NCBI GenBank assembly: GCA_000091205.1
Contig: AP006493.2
Direction: 5' to 3' (one strand)
From: Cyanidioschyzon merolae
Taxonomy: Eukaryota
Length of the DNA: 64,000 nucleotides
Positions 58,411 to 64,000 of the stretch are shown here, in pieces (position 1 is the first letter of the stretch; the number at the start of each line of letters is the position of its first letter). A program made the translations under genes and the position numbers. The notes beneath the pieces are model-generated. The model ran no database searches. It was not told where the DNA came from and saw only the letters and a program-made list of their open reading frames with translations.

Positions 58411-59486
58411 GTGCTCTTTGGAATGACGTCAGGGATCGACGAGGCAGCAGCTGAGCTTCAGGGAAGTCTCTTTGGGGAGGTCTCGCCTGCGATCGACACG
58501 CCGGGTGCGGCGCTTGCACGTTCGTACCCCGTCCGCATCACCGTTGTCGGAGCTGGTGACGTTGGCGTTGCTTGCGCCTATAATATTTTGACCCGAGATA
58601 TTTGTAGTGAGCTGGTACTGGTGGACGTTCTCAAGGACAAACTCAAGGGTCAAGTTATGGACTTGTAGCATGGAGGTGCGTTCTACAGCACCCGCATCCG
58701 GCTGCCGAGTCCCACGAGGGTACAGCACATTCGGCAGTATGTATTATAACGGCAGGTGCGCGTCAGCGGCCCGGAGAAAGTCGTCTCGAGCTCATGGATC
58801 GCAATGCCGCATTGTTCAAAGGCATTATTCCGCCCCTGGTGCAGTATTCGCCGAACACAATCCTGTTGGTTGTGAGTAACCCCGTTGATCTATTGACACA
58901 TCTAGCGTGGCAGATGAGTGGCTTGCCTCGCGAACGTGTGATTGGCTCAGGGACATATTTGGACTCTTCGCGTTTCCGCACACTTCTGGCGCAGCGGCTG
59001 GGCATCGATACCGCTTCTGTCCAGGCCATGGTACTGGGCGAGCACGGAGACTCCTCGTTTGTGTACCGGAGTGGTATTACGGTTGGTGGCGTGCCGTTGC
59101 GAACATGCTTCGAGCGCATGACCGACGCTGCGAGCGCGTCCACAGCATTCTATGATCTGGTGAAAGGTGTCCATCAGCAAGTTGTAGCCGCGGCTTACGA
59201 GGTCATTAAGCTGAAAGGCTACACCAACTGGGCCATTGGCAGCGCTGTTGGAAGCATCGTTACAACGATTGTGCATGATCGGCGCAAAGTGCTGCCAATA
59301 ACGACGCATGCGGGCTCGTTGCGAGGCCTCGAGTCGGCGGATGTATTCTTGTCGTTGCCATGTGTGCTAGGTCGGAATGGTGTCGTTGAAGTACTACAAA
59401 TACTGCCGTTCATGGAAAGTGACGAGAAAGAAGACCTCCAATCCAGCATAGAGGCACTCCAGAGCACGGCGAAGAAAGCATCTTGA
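58411..59486 (+). pseudogene. LDH: L-lactate/malate dehydrogenase (LDH-like) carrying an in-frame TAG and a 1-nt frameshift. It is either a pseudogene or affected by sequence errors.
   Basis: The N-terminus '[20 protein letters not shown]...[17 protein letters not shown]' is typical of LDH. A TAG at 58666-58668 sits exactly where 'DLQHG' is expected. After a -1 shift near 58700 the other frame continues '...TAHSAVCIITAGARQRPGESRLELMDRNAALFKGIIP...' through to 59486. Confidence 0.7.
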
Positions 59487-60599
59487 GCATGTTGCCTGCG
59501 CATGGTAACGCGTTGGATGCGGATCGTTTACAGGGACGTTAATCAAATGCCTCGTCGAAGTGCGGGCTCTGCACAAGCGTGCTCGGTCTGTACTCAAAAT
59601 AAGCGGATGAACAAGGAGGACTGAGATATGCTGGATACCTATGCCAAACTGGTAGGTCTTGGCACCGTAGAAAAGGTGTGGAGGGGAGCGTCCGTAACCA
59701 TCTCGGCGAGCTTGTTCCAAATGGACAGCATTGCTGGAGGACAAGGTGGCACCAGAATTGCAACTGCAGAGTAGCGTTCGCCTACTATCATCATTGAAAC
59801 CTGCTAGTCGTGTCATGGATACCGGACGTGCTGGAGTTCGCATCCGCAACAGCGAACAAGGATCAAATCAACTGACTCAAAAATCTCCAAAGCGATGCGT
59901 GGATGAAAGCTGGTGAAAGTTGCGGGTCTGGTACGGCATAACGTACGCTTACCCGGATGCCGATATGCATCGCACCTGACCCGAGATACCCTGGTTCAGG
60001 TCAACCATCCTAAACCGCAGGATAAAAGTATGCCATGATTTAACGTTCACTGATGTTGGCTGGACGGCATCGCAACGCTCCACGAACCTGGGCGCGGCGC
60101 CGAAGGCTTAGTTTCCGAGTATGACCGTGACAGACTTTGCTCTATGCGTATGGATCTGGAAAACACGAGCCGGAAGTGTGCATCAGCACGCATGGGCGAC
60201 GAATAAAACCCTTAAAGCGACGTGCGAACAGTGACCTAACGATGCAAGTGGAACGAACCGAATACCCTGAGGTAGGTATGATGGCACAGCTTCTGCCTTG
60301 AGAGCAGCTGCACAAGCGCTTCAGTGCGGTAAAGCCGAAATCGTGCCGAAACGTCCGATTCGCGTCAGCGCTTCTAGTGAACAGGAATGTGCCTCCAGCT
60401 TCTCTGACGTTCCTCTCGCGTCCCAGCAATTCTGGTACAAAGTTTCGCTCTATGCAGCACAGGCGCTGATGCAGCGCTCCTTCGGAAGCCCTGCCTTCCG
60501 CAAACTTGCACCGAGACGTTCCGTACGCAGCTATCGTGGTTATGCTTCAAAACCGGAACGGTATTGCAGTGTCTTGGAAGCGTCGGCTAGAGCTTCTGA

Positions 60600-62850
60600 G
60601 ACCGAAACGTCTCGTAAGACCACCGCACCCGACGACAACAAACATCTTTCGAAACAAAAACGTTGCTGCCGGCAGTAGACAGTACTGGCGAGAAACTCGC
60701 CCTAGACAAGAAGTCGCCAACTGACGTGCAGACGCCTCCCCGTCTTTTCCGACCGGCCACCTACTGTGGGTACCATTTGTTCTTATATAGTTCCAGTTTA
60801 AGAGGTTGTCCAACAATGGACTCTCGTGTCACCGCTGGGAGTCTTTTGTCTATTCCCGCACATCTCCGTAGATTGATTGCAGCGTTAAAGACTCGGTTCG
60901 CGAACTCCATACGTTTCTTGCCGATGGTAGACGTACTTACTAATGCAAGTAGTCCACGAGCTTCTTCCCTCCTTTCCATTTCCTCTCCCGTCAGCTGTCC
61001 CTTACTTTTTTATATCATGACGACTCCGCGGGCACTTTTCAATCTCCATCTTCTGAAGAGTACATCCCAACTCGTGGTGTGTATACGATGTTCGGAACTC
61101 ACCCACAGGTACCGTAGCGAGACCCAGTGCGCACTCCTTGTCCATTCCTGCCGTTGGAGCTGGTGTAGTCCCTTTTTTCGGAGCCCAGCCCCCTACATCA
61201 TATGTAACAACGAGCCTCTGACTTGATCGTCTTTCAAGCCGTTCAACCCATTGAAAAAGCTCGCGAATGCGTGATGCTTACCACGGCACAGATTCATACG
61301 CAAACGTGCCCAGCGGTGCTTTGTATACTCGCCCTACAGCGCCACGGAATGAGCAACCCCAACTTCCAAAAATTTCAGAAAAGCTTGAATGTCCGCTCAT
61401 CGGCTCGTCACCACGCTCAAAGCCTCCAGGTGATCCTTTATTCCTACATTCCACGTAACGATCTTCTTCCTTGCATTCGTTATACCGGATTCTCGATAGT
61501 ATCTCTCTCTCTCGAAAACCTCAGCAGAAGCATATGTTTGTGGCGTAAGGTGCAGTCAGTGCAATCTTCCCTTCGCTTGTGAACAGCGATGGTTATGAGA
61601 TTCGTGCTCCAGGGACTAAGGCCGACGCCAAAGTGGTTTTCATGGGGCTTATACGTTCCATAGCCCGTCAACCTGTGTTCGTTCTTCGGCAAGGGCCGTA
61701 AAGAAGACGGGATAGGACGAGCTGCCTTCAACCGCTGATGGTGTACACATATGTGCGCCACATCGAGATCGATTGTTCCAGTGAATAACCTTTTTTTGGC
61801 CGGTTCGGGACACTTGAAATCGAAGATATTCTTCTCGTAGGCGTCCCGATCTTCACCGGAGACCTATTTGTTGATTACATCGAGCTATGGATAGATCTCT
61901 TTCCTGAAGATGCAAAAGGACTATGGGGTCGATATTCACAAAATGTGACTTGAACGCGCATAACCGACCGACATTGAAGCGCATCTGGAGAAGACTTCAA
62001 TGTCGTTTCTCGCACTCGTCTTTTTTTCCACACTCAGCTCCATGCCGACCCTGCGATCGAGGTCTCGGACCGAAAACATGAAGCAGGGCAGGTTGAGAGA
62101 GTAACAACTCTATCCGTCGTTTCTCATATCCGAGAGTTTTCTCTTGGGTTGACATGACCCAAGACCGAACGATGTTTTAGAATAGTCGCGCGAATTACAG
62201 AAGCATCATTCATTATCCTGCGTGATGTCCTCTTGTCGACGAGTCTGATCTCCTGTTCATGCTGGCGATCGTTCTTCATACCGTCGATGATTGCAAGCAT
62301 CCCTTCGCGAAATAGGCCATGGTACAGCACAAAGGCGACGCGTATCATGAAACAATCGAGGTTTGCCATTTTATGGTTCCTCACATTCATAAGGCACCTC
62401 TTTGCCCTGTATTCGTAAATGTCTGCGTCACCCCTGTGTTCAGCACCGAAGACGAGGAATTTGGCGTAATTTTTGAGGAAGGCATGCACTCGCTCACTTA
62501 TCCCCGATGTTTTCCCATTAAAAACAATCAGGTAGTTGATGAAAGTCTTTTGGAAAAATTTTTCCGGAAACATCACTTTCGCGATAAGCGTTACGTCCCG
62601 ATGCAGGTCGCTGTCCAAATGCCAACGTCCTAAAGAGAAGATACAAACATACCTGGCGTACGAACCGACACGGTTTCTGATAGCGTCTCGCAACAATCAG
62701 TCGTACGGATCATTGATATGTTGGAGAAGATAAGATTCCACCACCATCTTGTCGTACAGAAGTCACAATTTCGGCCTTCGATGTAAGGCCCTCCCATGTT
62801 GCTTCTTCTTCTGTTCTTGACCCTCTTCGCTAAGCACTACGTCTCGTTTC
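60600..62850 (-). pseudogene. Copy B: second long copy of the TnpB/Fanzor-like element. It is more decayed than copy A.
   Basis: The ORF 60761..60979(-) reads 'LLALVSTSTIGKKRMEFANRVFNAAINLRRC...GQPLKLELYKNK'. The ORF 62124..62696(-) matches copy A at '...GMLAIIDGMKNDRQHEQE...'. The 3' end at 60721-60745 contains 'gacgtgcagacgcctccccgtctttt'. Confidence 0.6.
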
Positions 62851-63259
62851 TTTCTGACATCCGGCAGCACCGGCCACCCCAAACCCACAACCTCCAAATA
62901 CATAAGTCTAATTTTTGTTTTGGGAGAAAAACTCATTGGACGCTTCTGCTTTGAACGGCGAAAATAAGTTGAATACCCTTACTTAATGATTGAAACGCCA
63001 TAGGAGCCAAAACTATACTTTGCTACGATTCGATCAGAAATACAAGTGGCCCCGATAGAGCAGTCGCTCCAGAAGAGGTCATTACCGCGTTTCTATTGAT
63101 CGGCGAGATGCACGTAGCGTGACGTGACGGCCAGATTTCGCGATGCGTTACCAGGACGCACGATATAGAAAATGCCAAAAAATTGACAATATCCAAAAAC
63201 GGGGTACCAAGTACTAACGCCACCTACTGTAGACGTTAAAAGGAAGAAGTCTTTGCGTA

Positions 63260-63670
63260 TGGTCAAGCAGTGACATATAGGCGGAGGGTCGGCAAGCAGC
63301 GAGACTCTACCAACCGCTAATACCGGTTGACCATACAGTTGCGAGTGAAGTGACACACCCTAGCATCCCATCCGAAAAAGAACAGATTCTGGAACAAGGA
63401 GCGGATATATTGCGTCTAAGCGTGACCTAGATTGCGGTAGACTAATGGTATAGCGCTTTACGCTATCGCAGGCAAAAGGTCTGCAAGAACAGCTTGAAGG
63501 CTCCAAAGAAAATAAATTTCCCTGATCCCATGTTGCATGAACCAAGACCCTTCCAAAGCGCTCAGTGGTAGGCCAGAGCTGATCTGTTTGAAGAGTGCAA
63601 CAGCAACGAAGAAAGAGAGGCTACGGCGGGTGCTCAGAGCAGGTAGACGGCGCAGGAGAGAAAGTCTGAT
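63260..63670 (+). repeat. Partial repeat 'X' upstream of the copy-B N-terminus
   Basis: The sequence 'ggcggagggtcggcaagcagcgagactctacc' matches X 'ggcggaaggtcccgcgacccggtcgagtctacc'. The sequence '...gctacggcgggtgctcagagcaggtagacgg' matches X '...gctacagcgggtgctcacaacaggctcgg'. Confidence 0.5.
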
Positions 63671-64000
63671 ACGATCAGTACAGCCGAGATAAAGTAAATG
63701 CGACGGAAGGGAAAGAAACTGGTCAGCGGGATGGACGATTCTCCGAAACCAGTATCGATCCAGGAATTTCGCCGGTCTATCCAGTGGGCAAGTTCCACCA
63801 GACCAATAAAAGCATAGCGCCGGAGGTAATTCCCTAATGGCTCTAATATGCTAAATGAAAAAAATGACATATGCAGAGGAGCTCAGACGGTACCGCCGAA
63901 AAAAAAATCCCTAACGAGTCCGGAATGGTAGACGTCAAAATCACAGACGCTTTCGCGCTGGGATCATCGCGTTAATGGTGGGACTGGGGGGAATGGGGGG

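Noticed and set aside
58666-58668. Genome-wide reassignment of TAG to Gln (variant nuclear genetic code), suggested by the TAG at the conserved LDH Gln position
   Set aside because: RNASEH2A ends in TAG, the desaturase ends in TAA, and five genes end in TGA, all at positions consistent with protein ends. The long conserved ORFs (RPT4, beta2, CYP38, BRAP2, AAA ATPase) contain no in-frame stops. The LDH locus also needs a frameshift. A local pseudogene or sequence error is more likely.

Overview
This window looks like eukaryotic nuclear DNA from a GC-rich, intron-poor, plastid-bearing organism (alga-like). That is inferred from gene content only. The clearly recognisable genes are mostly single uninterrupted ORFs:
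- a KefB/KEA-type K+ antiporter (5' truncated by the window edge)
- proteasome beta2
- a FAD2/FAD3-family fatty-acid desaturase
- a two-domain AAA+ ATPase
- the 26S proteasome ATPase RPT4
- a ubiquitin fusion
- RNase H2 subunit A
- an ArfGAP
- a syntaxin
- a J-domain protein
- a plastid-type fibrillin
- a lumenal CYP38-like cyclophilin with a twin-arginine signal
- an SDR reductase
- BRAP2
- an LDH locus that is interrupted

Two regions are not ordinary. The first, at 18.9-25.0 kb, is a large near-perfect inverted repeat: 1.43-kb arms flank a 3.2-kb core that carries an NSI-like GNAT acetyltransferase gene.

The second is a multi-copy, decayed family of TnpB/Fanzor-like (OMEGA-type RuvC nuclease) elements. 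There are two long copies on the minus strand (about 54.85-57.2 kb and 60.6-62.85 kb) and three internally deleted MITE-like derivatives (11.6 kb, 39.1-39.8 kb, 48.1-48.5 kb). All carry the RuvC-III signature DRDFNAAINI at the C-terminus. The N-terminus is lysine-rich and NLS-like, the zinc finger is degenerate, and there is a conserved 3'-terminal hairpin. The long copies are accompanied by an upstream 0.6-kb repeat (X). In two loci a Tc1/mariner-like HTH remnant lies between the repeat X and the Fanzor-like ORF.

I could not support any rRNA, CRISPR array or tRNA from the sequence.
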